From a virus (Duplodnaviria; Caudoviricetes), in the IMG/VR virus record IMGVR_UViG_3300025277_000055, positions 1 to 38,724 of that record: 38,724 nt of DNA. One strand, written 5' to 3'. This document shows positions 14,708 through 23,218 of the stretch, piece after piece. Position numbers and translations under genes: made by a program. The notes under the pieces are model-generated. The model made no database searches and had not been told where the DNA came from. It saw nothing but the letters and a program-made list of their open reading frames with translations. Within the stretch, counting starts at the first letter, position 1. Each line of letters opens with the position of its first letter.

Positions 14708-15253
14708 TCATCTACTACACCAATGTTCCCTGCAACGCGCCTGGTAATGTTCTCCTGCTCCGACAAGCACTTGATCTGTATTGTCTTCTGTCAATCTATA
14801 AGTGTGGGTTGCTGACTCTCCGCACGCTTCACAAACAGCAGTGAGCTTTAAAACTTCTTCCGCTACTGCCATGAACTTGGGCATAGGACCAAAAGGTTCT
14901 CCGCGTGAGTCCATATCCAGTCCAGCAATTACTACTCTCTTTCCCATATCTGCCAAACTTGAAACTGTTTCTAACAATAAAAAGTCAAAAAATTGTGCTT
15001 CATCGAAAGCAACGATTTCAGTATCCTCTTCTAACATGCTCATTAGTTCATGTGAATTTTTTAGAACATGGCACTTCAACCTTTTCCCGGAATGAGAAAC
15101 AACTTCTGATTCCGAGTATCTATCGTCCAAAGCTGGTTTAAATAATTGATATTTTTTTTTCGCTATTTCCGCTCTTTTAAGCCTTCTCAGCAATTCCTCT
15201 GATTTGCCGGAGAACATTGGACCGCATACAACTTCAATTCTTCCTGCCTTCAT
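14708..15253 (-). CDS. tdk: Thymidine kinase
   Basis: GPMFSGKS P-loop, DEAQFF, AGLD, CEAC and C..H zinc site. Confidence 0.95.
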   Translation of the reverse strand: MKAGRIEVVCGPMFSGKSEELLRRLKRAEIAKKKYQLFKPALDDRYSESEVVSHSGKRLKCHVLKNSHELMSMLEEDTEIVAFDEAQFFDFLLLETVSSLADMGKRVVIAGLDMDSRGEPFGPMPKFMAVAEEVLKLTAVCEACGESATHTYRLTEDNTDQVLVGAGEHYQARCREHWCSR

Positions 15254-15268
15254 TTAACTCCTCTAGCA

Positions 15269-15538
15269 TTATTCTTTTTCTCCCTCTATGACCTGAAACT
15301 TTGACCTTCTCATTTCAGCTACTTTTTCATGATATTCTTCCTGCATCGTATTCACAAACCCTCCAAATTCTTTAATCCAATCTTCTTTTTCAACTGCATA
15401 AAGAATAAAAGCTAGCGTAAATCTAATATTGTCACATGTCTCACTAACTCCAATTGGTGCATAAATTTCCGGAGGAGCATCGTCGCGAAGAACAATTGCT
15501 CCTTCTTTTTCTGTTAAATTAATTTTTTCTTCGTCCAT
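15269..15538 (-). CDS. Hypothetical protein
   Basis: Intact ORF; TTGACA-17-TATAAA promoter at 15557-15585. Confidence 0.65.
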   Translation of the reverse strand: MDEEKINLTEKEGAIVLRDDAPPEIYAPIGVSETCDNIRFTLAFILYAVEKEDWIKEFGGFVNTMQEEYHEKVAEMRRSKFQVIEGEKE

Positions 15539-15581
15539 TTTTTTCCGCGTATCTCCTTTATACCATTTTCTTTTTCATTTG

Positions 15582-15869
15582 TCAACTATTTTTTTTTGAA
15601 ACAATTTTTAAATTACCAGCCTCCATCAGTAAACCAGCCGCAATCCAACCATTTTTTCTCATTGGAGGGTACGACGACGGGGATATATCTGTTTCATTTC
15701 TATCTATACACCAATATATTTTAACCATGTCTCCTTGTTCGGTTAACTTTGGCGCTGTCTTTGTCTCTGTTATAATCCCGCATATGTTTCTGCCACTTGA
15801 ATTTTCGTAACAAACTAAGTCGCCGACTTCAAATTTACTTTTTTGCTCTTGATAAGATTTTGAGTTCAT
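15582..15869 (-). CDS. KOW/SH3-like small protein
   Basis: FEVGDLV...GII...IYW...LKIVS. Confidence 0.65.
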   Translation of the reverse strand: MNSKSYQEQKSKFEVGDLVCYENSSGRNICGIITETKTAPKLTEQGDMVKIYWCIDRNETDISPSSYPPMRKNGWIAAGLLMEAGNLKIVSKKNS

Positions 15870-16074
15870 CTAGCGTGGCAATCCACCTTTCTTGTCCATC
15901 AACGTACACCTTGTAACATGTATCGCTTCTATTATAACTATTAGAATAAACTGTAATTTCGAATTCTCCTAAATATACAGCTTGTTTTGGTAAATTTTGC
16001 GCCCACTTAAAGTATGATGTCGCGTCTGAAATATTAATAATTTCTACGAGGTCGCCAATTTGCGGTGCTAACAA
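15835..16074 (-). CDS. KOW/SH3-like small protein
   Basis: PQIGDLV...ELKILS; AGGAG RBS. Confidence 0.65.
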   Translation of the reverse strand: MLAPQIGDLVEIINISDATSYFKWAQNLPKQAVYLGEFEITVYSNSYNRSDTCYKVYVDGQERWIATLDELKILSRAKK

Positions 16075-16117
16075 TATAGTCTCCTAATAATAACTAGGAA
16101 CTATAACTTTCTACAGC

Positions 16118-16393
16118 CTATTTAAAAATTGGCATCCTGGCGGCGTCGAAAAGCTTTTTTGTGAAAGATTTTTTAAGTCTCAAAAGTCTTTTAAATTTTG
16201 CCGCTTGTCTAACATCTGTATAAAGTGCTGACGGTCTTCTTACTTGGCCATCGATAAGCTGTTCAGAAAAATCATAAAACTTCGCTTTGACTGGTGATTT
16301 TGCCATGGCACACCTTGAAGACATGACTCCAAGAAAAAATAAGAACAAAAGCGCTATTAGTTTAGCTAAAAATCTTTCATCAAGTCTGTTCAA
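16118..16393 (-). CDS. Secreted CglF/GltF-like (myxobacterial gliding motility) protein
   Basis: Signal peptide, then YDFSEQLIDGQVRRP..LY...R..AKF..LL.L..SF. Confidence 0.55.
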   Translation of the reverse strand: MNRLDERFLAKLIALLFLFFLGVMSSRCAMAKSPVKAKFYDFSEQLIDGQVRRPSALYTDVRQAAKFKRLLRLKKSFTKKLFDAARMPIFK

Positions 16394-16419
16394 TCCATAG
16401 GCACTCCTGCTTATTATAA

Positions 16420-16689
16420 TTAGTTAGGAGTTGCCACTACTTCTATTTTTTTATCTGCGATCATCTCTTCAAGCCATAAAGCTGTTTGTGGAATCTTCTT
16501 CCCGCTATCTCCCAAATACATTAAATTGTACATCCAATATTTATCTTTAATAACGGAACCTCCATACAATTCAGATTTTTCTATTCTTAGAAAATAATCG
16601 ATAATCATTATCTGTTCTCGACCTGGCCAAGCATCTTTAAGTTTCAGCAGCGTCCCTATTTTGTATCTCGGCTTCTTCCTCGAAAACAA
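16420..16689 (-). CDS. KOW/SH3-like small protein
   Basis: Likely TTG start at 16689 after GGGAG; YKIGTLL...IEVV. Confidence 0.5.
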   Translation of the reverse strand: MFSRKKPRYKIGTLLKLKDAWPGREQIMIIDYFLRIEKSELYGGSVIKDKYWMYNLMYLGDSGKKIPQTALWLEEMIADKKIEVVATPN

Positions 16690-16864
16690 TAAATTCTCCC
16701 TTGCGATTATATGTTCCGTATTTTTTATGATATACTTTTCTAACCAACTTGTCAAGCTTTTCTATGTCGAGATCGTTCTTTTTTTCCTTCTTTTCTTCTT
16801 CCATTCCTGCCCACTTATAATGTGAAGGAGGGATGTAGGTTTGCAATATTTTATTGACTTTCAT
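16637..16864 (-). CDS. Hypothetical protein
   Basis: ATG 16864 in a 14-nt overlap with the upstream gene. Confidence 0.5.
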   Translation of the reverse strand: MKVNKILQTYIPPSHYKWAGMEEEKKEKKNDLDIEKLDKLVRKVYHKKYGTYNRKGEFIVFEEEAEIQNRDAAET

Positions 16865-17420
16865 TTTCTTTCTTTTTCTTAAAAGCAAAAGTTGTTCCAC
16901 GAACTTTAGACCAAAAATCACCGTCATCTGGAATTTGTTGTATAGTTGACCAGTCGCCATAATCTGTTTCGGATCCATCTTGGTTATATGCATTTATATA
17001 CATTTCATTGGTGTCTTCGCCAGGTTCTCCAAAGACAAAAGCTCTTTGTTCATACTTCTTACAGAGTATTTTAGCTAATTCTTTTAGCTCTACGCCGGTT
17101 CGCTCGACATCTCCCCTTTCCTCATCATAAATGATAATAGATTTTAAAACTGTTTTCTCAACTGCTCCATCCCCTTCTTCACTTTTTACAGGCCACGAAC
17201 CCAATAATTTAGCAAATGGAAAACCTGCAGCTTTAACCGCTTGCTGCATTTCACTGTACCTCATATCATTTTGACCGCGAGAATACTCAGGCCGATCAGC
17301 CGTTACAATCGCAAAGGGGACTTTTAGGTCTTCAATTTTTTGTAGTACTCTTCTGTAGGTTGTTTCGCTTATCTGATCAACAGTACTTCTCCAGCTTTTC
17401 ATTATTTCTTTCATAAGCAT
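16851..17420 (-). CDS. DUF3293-like phage protein with divergent leader MKEIMKSWR
   Basis: AIVTADR...N...G.W...S.II...KY.Q.AF pattern. Confidence 0.5.
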   Translation of the reverse strand: MLMKEIMKSWRSTVDQISETTYRRVLQKIEDLKVPFAIVTADRPEYSRGQNDMRYSEMQQAVKAAGFPFAKLLGSWPVKSEEGDGAVEKTVLKSIIIYDEERGDVERTGVELKELAKILCKKYEQRAFVFGEPGEDTNEMYINAYNQDGSETDYGDWSTIQQIPDDGDFWSKVRGTTFAFKKKKENESQ

Positions 17421-17424
17421 GCTT

Positions 17425-18051
17425 CTAATTAGTTTCTTTCAACTTGGAAATCACGCTTTCGTAAGAAACGTTCTTAACAATTTCAGAGAGTTGTTGAGTG
17501 TATATATCAGTCATATCACCACGATTTCTTTTTGTAGTATTTTGTATATTGTTATATAATATTATAACACACTTTTCGGCATTAATAAAATGTTCCACTG
17601 CCGCTAAAACAACTTTTGCTGAAACGACATTAATTGAATTGGCGCTTTCTCTGAACATCAAAAGCTCACAGTTGTTGTCAACCTCCAGTGTTGCCTCAAC
17701 TGCAGCATCTGCTTTAGAAGATCTTAAATGCTTTTCTATATCCGCTTCAATTGAAAATCTAGTAAAATGTAAATTTTTTAAGGAACAGTATTCATCTGAC
17801 AAATTATCAACTAGAGCACCGAACAAAGCATCTACAGGCCCTTTCCCCGAGCCTTTTATTGTTAACTTTTTCTTTCCAAATAGTAATTTGCAGATTATAT
17901 CTGTACTTTCTTCGATAACATTTTCTTTTATTGACAGCTCGCTAAGTTTTAAATTTGTATAATTTTTTTTTAATATATTTTTAATGATCTCGATCACCTT
18001 TTCTCTTTGTTCTTCCGAGTGAGTTCTTAGTTTTAAAACAGGTGGCGTCAT
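17425..18051 (-). CDS. Protein resembling the LeuA allosteric/dimerisation domain
   Basis: GSGKGPVDALF.AL...F.I...A.VE..L...SI..VS.K.VL.AV; start probably ATG 18051. Confidence 0.45.
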   Translation of the reverse strand: MTPPVLKLRTHSEEQREKVIEIIKNILKKNYTNLKLSELSIKENVIEESTDIICKLLFGKKKLTIKGSGKGPVDALFGALVDNLSDEYCSLKNLHFTRFSIEADIEKHLRSSKADAAVEATLEVDNNCELLMFRESANSINVVSAKVVLAAVEHFINAEKCVIILYNNIQNTTKRNRGDMTDIYTQQLSEIVKNVSYESVISKLKETN

Positions 18052-18239
18052 ATAGTAAATAGTTCCCACACGGGATCAGTATCTTTTGTTTTGATCTGTG
18101 CTTCAACAAACTTCTTTCTCTTTTTTCCAGTTGCGCAGTCACAATATTTTCTTTTAACATGCGGAGCCTCGTAAACCATTGTGTGTCCCATACCGCCGCA
18201 TTTTCTACACACTTTTTTTGGAGATTCTTCGCTTTGCAT
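18048..18239 (-). CDS. Small zinc-finger protein
   Basis: CRKCGGMG and CDC. Confidence 0.6.
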   Translation of the reverse strand: MQSEESPKKVCRKCGGMGHTMVYEAPHVKRKYCDCATGKKRKKFVEAQIKTKDTDPVWELFTI

Positions 18240-18423
18240 GGTCGCTCCATCCGTTTAGTTTATCACGAGTGTCCTCAAGGTTCAATTCCTTCGGGACGTC
18301 ATAGACGGGAAACAAACCATGCCAAACAAATATAACACCTCTAAAGATTAGTGTTAAGCCGACTGTTCCTGCAAATTTGAGGTGGCTGAGATATGTTTCA
18401 TTATTTTGTTCAAGGTGTCTCAC
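18205..18423 (-). CDS. DUF6356-like small membrane protein
   Basis: HL...ETY..H..FA...G......HG.FP; likely GTG start at 18423. Confidence 0.55.
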   Translation of the reverse strand: MRHLEQNNETYLSHLKFAGTVGLTLIFRGVIFVWHGLFPVYDVPKELNLEDTRDKLNGWSDHAKRRISKKSV

Positions 18424-18808
18424 CTTCAGGCTCCTCAAGTTTGTACTCGTGCTCCGGATCTAAAAGCGTAGCGAGTTCTTCTTTTATTTTTTGCATGGGC
18501 TCGGCCAGTTCTCTTTTTATTACTTCTTTAGTGCGCAATTCCAACTGCTCATATTTGTCTATAGGTATATCCGTGGGAGATAATCCAAAAACATCTTCGA
18601 GAGCAGACCCTATTATTTCCTCAATTTGAAGAACGAGATCGTCAATATCAGGCTGAACGGGATTCGGTGTTCGGGGCAGCGGGAGGCGACCGACAGGTAG
18701 TTCGCCAACTGGTCCTTCTGGTTCGGATGTCCTCTTTTTGCCAGTAAAATCAACAGGAATGACACCCTCCTTCAAGTATCTTTTCCAGTTTTCAAATATA
18801 AGTTTCAT
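18410..18808 (-). CDS. MKLLFENW-leader acidic protein
   Basis: MKLIFENWKRYLKEGVIPVDF; paralog of the neighbouring gene. Confidence 0.7.
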   Translation of the reverse strand: MKLIFENWKRYLKEGVIPVDFTGKKRTSEPEGPVGELPVGRLPLPRTPNPVQPDIDDLVLQIEEIIGSALEDVFGLSPTDIPIDKYEQLELRTKEVIKRELAEPMQKIKEELATLLDPEHEYKLEEPEGETP

Positions 18809-19135
18809 CTTGTGACCAACTCCTCAACAGTGAAAAGTTTGACAAGTTTATCGAATAACTCGTGGTCGTCAAGTATTTTCATAATTTCTTCTATGTCCTC
18901 ATATTTTTCTCCGGGTGCTTTGCCATGGCGAGCATTGAAACCAGCTTCAAGTTCTTCTCCTATCGCATATTCTAATCGATTAACAAAACTTATGGCCCTT
19001 TCCTTCGCTTCTTCTCTCTCGGGTACCGGTTCGGACGTCCTCTTTTTGCTAAAATCGACAGGAATAACATCGCCTTCCTTCAAATATCTTTTCCAGTTTT
19101 CAAATAGGAGTTTCATCTTGTAACCAACTCCTCAA
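18720..19135 (+). repeat. Imperfect direct repeat of about 108 bp, 18720-18827 and 19028-19135
   Basis: Both copies cover EELVTR-stop, GAGGAG RBS, the leader and VIPVDF..KKRTSEP. Confidence 0.85.
18805..19116 (-). CDS. MKLLFENW-leader acidic protein
   Basis: MKLLFENWKRYLKEGDVIPVDF. Confidence 0.7.
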   Translation of the reverse strand: MKLLFENWKRYLKEGDVIPVDFSKKRTSEPVPEREEAKERAISFVNRLEYAIGEELEAGFNARHGKAPGEKYEDIEEIMKILDDHELFDKLVKLFTVEELVTR

Positions 19136-19376
19136 TTCTTGATAGTGAAGCTCTAATGTGTTCTATATCTTTTTCGACTCCAATGAGAGCGCGAGCATTC
19201 TTTTCATATTCTTCAGCATCTTTTTCAATGTTGGCTACCTTTACTTCAAGATCTCCGAGATCATTACTTACTTCGGCAACATCCAAATTCGTTTGCCAAA
19301 CCCAACCAGCCAGCGGCATTATAAGTATGCCGAGAACAAGAGTAAAGATTTTCCATAGATCTACGTTGACTTTCAT
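19113..19376 (-). CDS. Membrane-anchored coiled-coil protein
   Basis: N-terminal TM segment followed by heptads. Confidence 0.65.
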   Translation of the reverse strand: MKVNVDLWKIFTLVLGILIMPLAGWVWQTNLDVAEVSNDLGDLEVKVANIEKDAEEYEKNARALIGVEKDIEHIRASLSRIEELVTR

Positions 19377-19597
19377 TCTTTACAGTCCTCCGGTAAATAT
19401 GATTTTGGTTCTTTCTTATAAGTAGCAAGTGGGGGCTGCTTCCAGTCAATTTCTGGGCAATATTCTTTATGATCTTTCTTATCTTGTAAATAGAAAGCCA
19501 ATGCCTTTGTGTCTCTTTCTATGTCTCCGATATCTTTTTTGGGATCTCCCATTGGAATTAAGGCAGTCATTAGAAATATTGCTATTGAGAGTTTCAT
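19373..19597 (-). CDS. Small protein with signal-peptide-like N-terminus
   Basis: ATG 19597 in an ATGA overlap; MKLSIAIFLMTALI. Confidence 0.6.
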   Translation of the reverse strand: MKLSIAIFLMTALIPMGDPKKDIGDIERDTKALAFYLQDKKDHKEYCPEIDWKQPPLATYKKEPKSYLPEDCKE

Positions 19598-20277
19598 TTT
19601 TTCTTTTGCCAATATGCGAAGGGAGCAGGATGTATCTGCTCCACTATTTTCTTCACTTCTTCCATAGAGGGTGGATCAATTATTTCAAATTTAACAGTTG
19701 CTGTGTAATCAGAATGATATGGTTGTCTGATTGTAGTTGCCACAGGTATATTATTATCCCACTTTACTTCGAACTCTCTTCTACCTCTATAAGCGGGAAT
19801 GTCAACTATGGTTCCCTCTTCGTTTTCATGATTTTTCGTTTCTGGGCGTCCATGGATTTCGAAAGTGTCTATTTTTATTCTACTGCCGACGATCATACCC
19901 TTTAAATCTTCATACAATTTTCTTTTTATGTCTTCAGCTATGTCATCTATTTCGTCCCAGTCGGCATCTTCGGGAATGGGAAAATAAGTACCAAGTTTTC
20001 CTCTCTCTTTTAAACCAAGCAGGCCTCGGGCCGTCAACAGACCAAGACGATAGTCATAAAGGGTTTCTATTATTTCTAACGCTTCTAAAACACTTGACCA
20101 TGTGCTTTTTGTTGGAGGCAGGCCGCCCCACTTTTTACTTTTATAAGGTCTAAAATATTTAACATACATGCTGTGTTTTGCTGCTTTTCGAACAGAATCT
20201 TCAAGCCCTTCCGAGGGTATCTCCGATTCCGAATCCTCGCTTACAAACTTTCTCCAGTTTTCAAGTAGGAGTTTCAT
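19594..20277 (-). CDS. MKLLFENW-leader protein with SH3-like C-terminal part
   Basis: MKLLLENWRKFVSE; IVGSRIK...GTIV...EVKWD. Confidence 0.65.
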   Translation of the reverse strand: MKLLLENWRKFVSEDSESEIPSEGLEDSVRKAAKHSMYVKYFRPYKSKKWGGLPPTKSTWSSVLEALEIIETLYDYRLGLLTARGLLGLKERGKLGTYFPIPEDADWDEIDDIAEDIKRKLYEDLKGMIVGSRIKIDTFEIHGRPETKNHENEEGTIVDIPAYRGRREFEVKWDNNIPVATTIRQPYHSDYTATVKFEIIDPPSMEEVKKIVEQIHPAPFAYWQKKK

Positions 20278-22020
20278 CTATCCACCCTTATGCTTGAAGT
20301 ACTGAACTTGTTTTTCTCTCTTCTCCGCACCTTTTCTTGATGAATAGCAACCCAAATTTTTGCTCTTGCCAGTTTTGGGATTCTTCTTTTTGGAACGAAG
20401 GCACCATTTTTTGCCTGATTTTTTGATGACTTCTTTTACTGAGCCTTCTTTAAAATATGTTTTGGTGCTCAACGCTTCCGGATCAAATCTGCCGGTAATG
20501 TATTCAACAGCTTTTTCGGTTGAAAACTCTGGATCCAAATAAAGAATGACAGAATCATATAAATTATTAAATTTGCCTGTTGGCATTTGGACTACATTGT
20601 TCATCACATAATATGTATTTAATTCTTTAAATTCTGGATCAGTATATTTTTTAACTGGCTTTGATCCGACAGCTGTTTTTTTCGTGGTGGTGATTTTTTT
20701 TGTAGGCTCTTTCCTCGTTTCTGGCTCTGGAAAGTATTTGAATGCTGTTCCCTTTTTGCCGCGAGCAGCAAGACTTCTTACGCCTTTTCCCTTTTCTAAA
20801 ACAATTCTTGCAGCCTCTGCGAATCCTTCGCTTTCAATTTTGTGTAAAATGGTGCCGAGCCAATCTTTTTCATCTAATTTTTTCAGTGTGTCTAAATCAT
20901 CACTAATTTGCGCCACATTTACAATTGCTTGCCTAATTTGATCGTAAGCAAATTGAGTCGTGACGCCCGAACCTGATTCGCCTGTCTGACGAATTTGTGA
21001 CGAAACCCAGATTAACGCTTGAAGTTCGTGAGGTAATAAATTTAATTTTTTAGCCTCTCGTGCAACAAGAGTCGCCATGTAACGATAAGAAACAATACCG
21101 GACATTAATTTGCCTTTGATCGCGTCCCATTCTTTTGCTGTTGAAGCCTTGCGAAGAGAAGGATAAAAAGCATCAATCATCCACGTATCAATTGTTGAGT
21201 TCCATTCATAAAGATCATTATAATCAATATTTCCAGATTCATCTCTTTCGCCTGCCAAAGAGGGATCTATAAGATTGAGTGCAAAATTTGGAACTTTATG
21301 AGCACCAGTAAATCCTCTAAACTCTCCTGGTTGTCTTTTTTCAGCGCCTGGAAAGGTTTCAAGATACCGTTTGAGGAGTTCCGGATTAGTGGCGGCATCT
21401 TGTTGTACTGCTTTATACATAAAGATTGCCTCCGTCAAGTTTAGAGAAAATTTAGCACGAGGCGAGTAAGTGGCAATTAATAAGCCCATCAAAGCTGAGT
21501 CTCTGTCACTTTCTGTTTCATTGTCTAAAAGTTCTCGAATATTATGATACCAGTCTCTAGCTTCTTCGTATAGCCCAGCAACATTCTTTGTGCTCTCAAC
21601 TAATGTTCGAAAATCTGTTAAAACTTCTTCCGGAACTTTTAAAACATAACCAGTTTCTTCAAACTCTTCAGCTGACATTCGGCCAAGACCTTTTTCTAAG
21701 CCTCTCACGGCTCGTGGCCCACGTTTTTTTAACTCTCCCTCTGGTCCGTGATATCTTTGACGCAAGGAAAATACATTTTCTTCACCCTCCACTTCTGCGA
21801 CCATTTTTAGGGGTATTGTCTCTTCTTGTGCCGGCTCTAAATCTTTTAAACTAATGTATGGAACTGATCCTTCAGCACCTAAAACTTTTTTTGCAGCAGA
21901 AACTATCTTTGCAATAGATTTATTTAGTCCCTGTAGCTCAAGCCTACTAAACGTAAAGGTCTTTCCTTCTGCGTCGGATTCATTCAAGTATTTGCGCCAA
22001 TTTTCAAATAAGAGTTTCAT
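20278..22020 (-). CDS. MKLLFENW-leader protein with HhH DNA-glycosylase-like domain and basic C-terminal module
   Basis: Start moved to ATG 22020; WY...A.YSP...KV.NF..NL...TIDTWM...Y...P.ELQALIW; tail KNLGCYSS...REKQVQYFKH. Confidence 0.55.
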   Translation of the reverse strand: MKLLFENWRKYLNESDAEGKTFTFSRLELQGLNKSIAKIVSAAKKVLGAEGSVPYISLKDLEPAQEETIPLKMVAEVEGEENVFSLRQRYHGPEGELKKRGPRAVRGLEKGLGRMSAEEFEETGYVLKVPEEVLTDFRTLVESTKNVAGLYEEARDWYHNIRELLDNETESDRDSALMGLLIATYSPRAKFSLNLTEAIFMYKAVQQDAATNPELLKRYLETFPGAEKRQPGEFRGFTGAHKVPNFALNLIDPSLAGERDESGNIDYNDLYEWNSTIDTWMIDAFYPSLRKASTAKEWDAIKGKLMSGIVSYRYMATLVAREAKKLNLLPHELQALIWVSSQIRQTGESGSGVTTQFAYDQIRQAIVNVAQISDDLDTLKKLDEKDWLGTILHKIESEGFAEAARIVLEKGKGVRSLAARGKKGTAFKYFPEPETRKEPTKKITTTKKTAVGSKPVKKYTDPEFKELNTYYVMNNVVQMPTGKFNNLYDSVILYLDPEFSTEKAVEYITGRFDPEALSTKTYFKEGSVKEVIKKSGKKWCLRSKKKNPKTGKSKNLGCYSSRKGAEKREKQVQYFKHKGG

Positions 22021-22021
22021 T

Positions 22022-22522
22022 TTATTCATGCCTTCCTACTATTATTACTGCTTCTGGAGGACTCACAAGTATTTCTCCAAGAGTAATGTAACTCTGAGGA
22101 TTCCAATATGATTCTGCCGTATCTTGTATTCTTTCTTCACTTGCACCGTTGTTATGTAGCTCACGAGCTTTTGTCCATATTTCCGAATTTGTTTTAAATA
22201 TTTTAGGATTCCCACGAAGCTTCACTTCATATGTTTTTATGGAGTTGCCGCCTATATCTTCTTTTTTATCTGTGCAATAACTTCCACCACCGAATCCTTC
22301 TAAGTTTTCACATAAAAAAACACAGTTTAAACGGCTTGGACGATCTGGAAACTTTATTTTCCGAATCTTCTCAAAGATATCTTCTACTATGGTTTCTCGC
22401 GGGATTGCTTTGGGAACAGAAACACCTAAACCGCCCTCCCACGTACCTTTGGCTTGCCAATAATAAATTGCATTTTCATTTTCATCCAAATACTGACGCC
22501 AATTTTCAAATAGGAGTTTCAT
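22022..22522 (-). CDS. MKLLFENW-leader protein, DUF2441-like
   Basis: Start moved to ATG 22522; E.IFE.IR...FP..PSRL.CVF...YW...EIL. Confidence 0.55.
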   Translation of the reverse strand: MKLLFENWRQYLDENENAIYYWQAKGTWEGGLGVSVPKAIPRETIVEDIFEKIRKIKFPDRPSRLNCVFLCENLEGFGGGSYCTDKKEDIGGNSIKTYEVKLRGNPKIFKTNSEIWTKARELHNNGASEERIQDTAESYWNPQSYITLGEILVSPPEAVIIVGRHE

Positions 22523-22683
22523 ACTGTTTGGACCTTTATGACCCACATTTCTGGTGCCTTGATAGAATCCAAAAGTTTTCTTATGTGATCATCGCAGGCA
22601 TATTCTTTTTGTCCTGCTTGCGGACCCCATTGAATGCCATATTTGGCGTCTTGCATACAATATTTACATCCGGCGCCATTCAT
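22519..22683 (-). CDS. 54-aa zinc-finger-like protein, not in ORF track
   Basis: MNGAGCKYC...YACDDH...; ATGA overlaps at both ends. Confidence 0.65.
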   Translation of the reverse strand: MNGAGCKYCMQDAKYGIQWGPQAGQKEYACDDHIRKLLDSIKAPEMWVIKVQTV

Positions 22684-22802
22684 TGTACAAGTCCCCACTT
22701 CAATAAATATATGCCATATCCGAGTGTGCCTGCGAATATAATAAATGTAATTTCAGGTAACCTATTCTCTATTATTTTACATAACTTGTAAAGACGCATC
22801 AT
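22680..22802 (-). CDS. 40-aa single-TM peptide, not in ORF track
   Basis: MMRLYKLCKIIENRLPEITFIIFAGTLGYGIYLLKWGLVQ; ATGA overlaps at both ends. Confidence 0.55.
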   Translation of the reverse strand: MMRLYKLCKIIENRLPEITFIIFAGTLGYGIYLLKWGLVQ

Positions 22803-23218
22803 TTTATCTTTTCCAGTGCCAATTTAACAGTATCTTTTAACTTTGGCGTTACATCATAATTGTCTATTTTATCATAAGCAACCCAAGCCCAATCCGTATG
22901 TTCAGAATCAAGTTTGACAGTTCCACTTTGAGAATTTGAGTAGTACATCATAACTTGTTCCTTTTCCTTCAGTTCGTAAACATTACTAATGTCTAAACTA
23001 GTTTCTTCTCTTGTCTCACGAATTGCAGCTTCTTTTGGAGACTCTCCTTTTTCTATATGGCCACCGGGTAAAGCCCACTTTTTAGGCATCCAATTGGAAC
23101 TTGTAGACCTTTTTAATAAAAGTACTTTTTTATCATCATTGAGGACGACAACCATTGCTGCTTTGAATTTCTTTTTCTCCTCCATAAAATTTCTCCAGTT
23201 TTCCATACAATTTTTCAT
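22799..23218 (-). CDS. Nudix hydrolase with divergent leader MKNCMENWRNFMEE
   Basis: Nudix box GGHIEKGESPKEAAIRETREET; ATG 23218 in an ATGA overlap. Confidence 0.9.
   Translation of the reverse strand: MKNCMENWRNFMEEKKKFKAAMVVVLNDDKKVLLLKRSTSSNWMPKKWALPGGHIEKGESPKEAAIRETREETSLDISNVYELKEKEQVMMYYSNSQSGTVKLDSEHTDWAWVAYDKIDNYDVTPKLKDTVKLALEKIK

Noticed and set aside
14554-14766. 70-aa minus-strand ORF in the track
   Set aside because: Overlaps tdk; the interval is better explained by a 25-aa hydrophobic ORF from 14711 and the basic peptide 14502..14633
1957-19135. Diversity-generating retroelement
   Set aside because: No reverse transcriptase in the window; differences in the 18720/19028 repeat pair are mostly synonymous or indels and not adenine-specific
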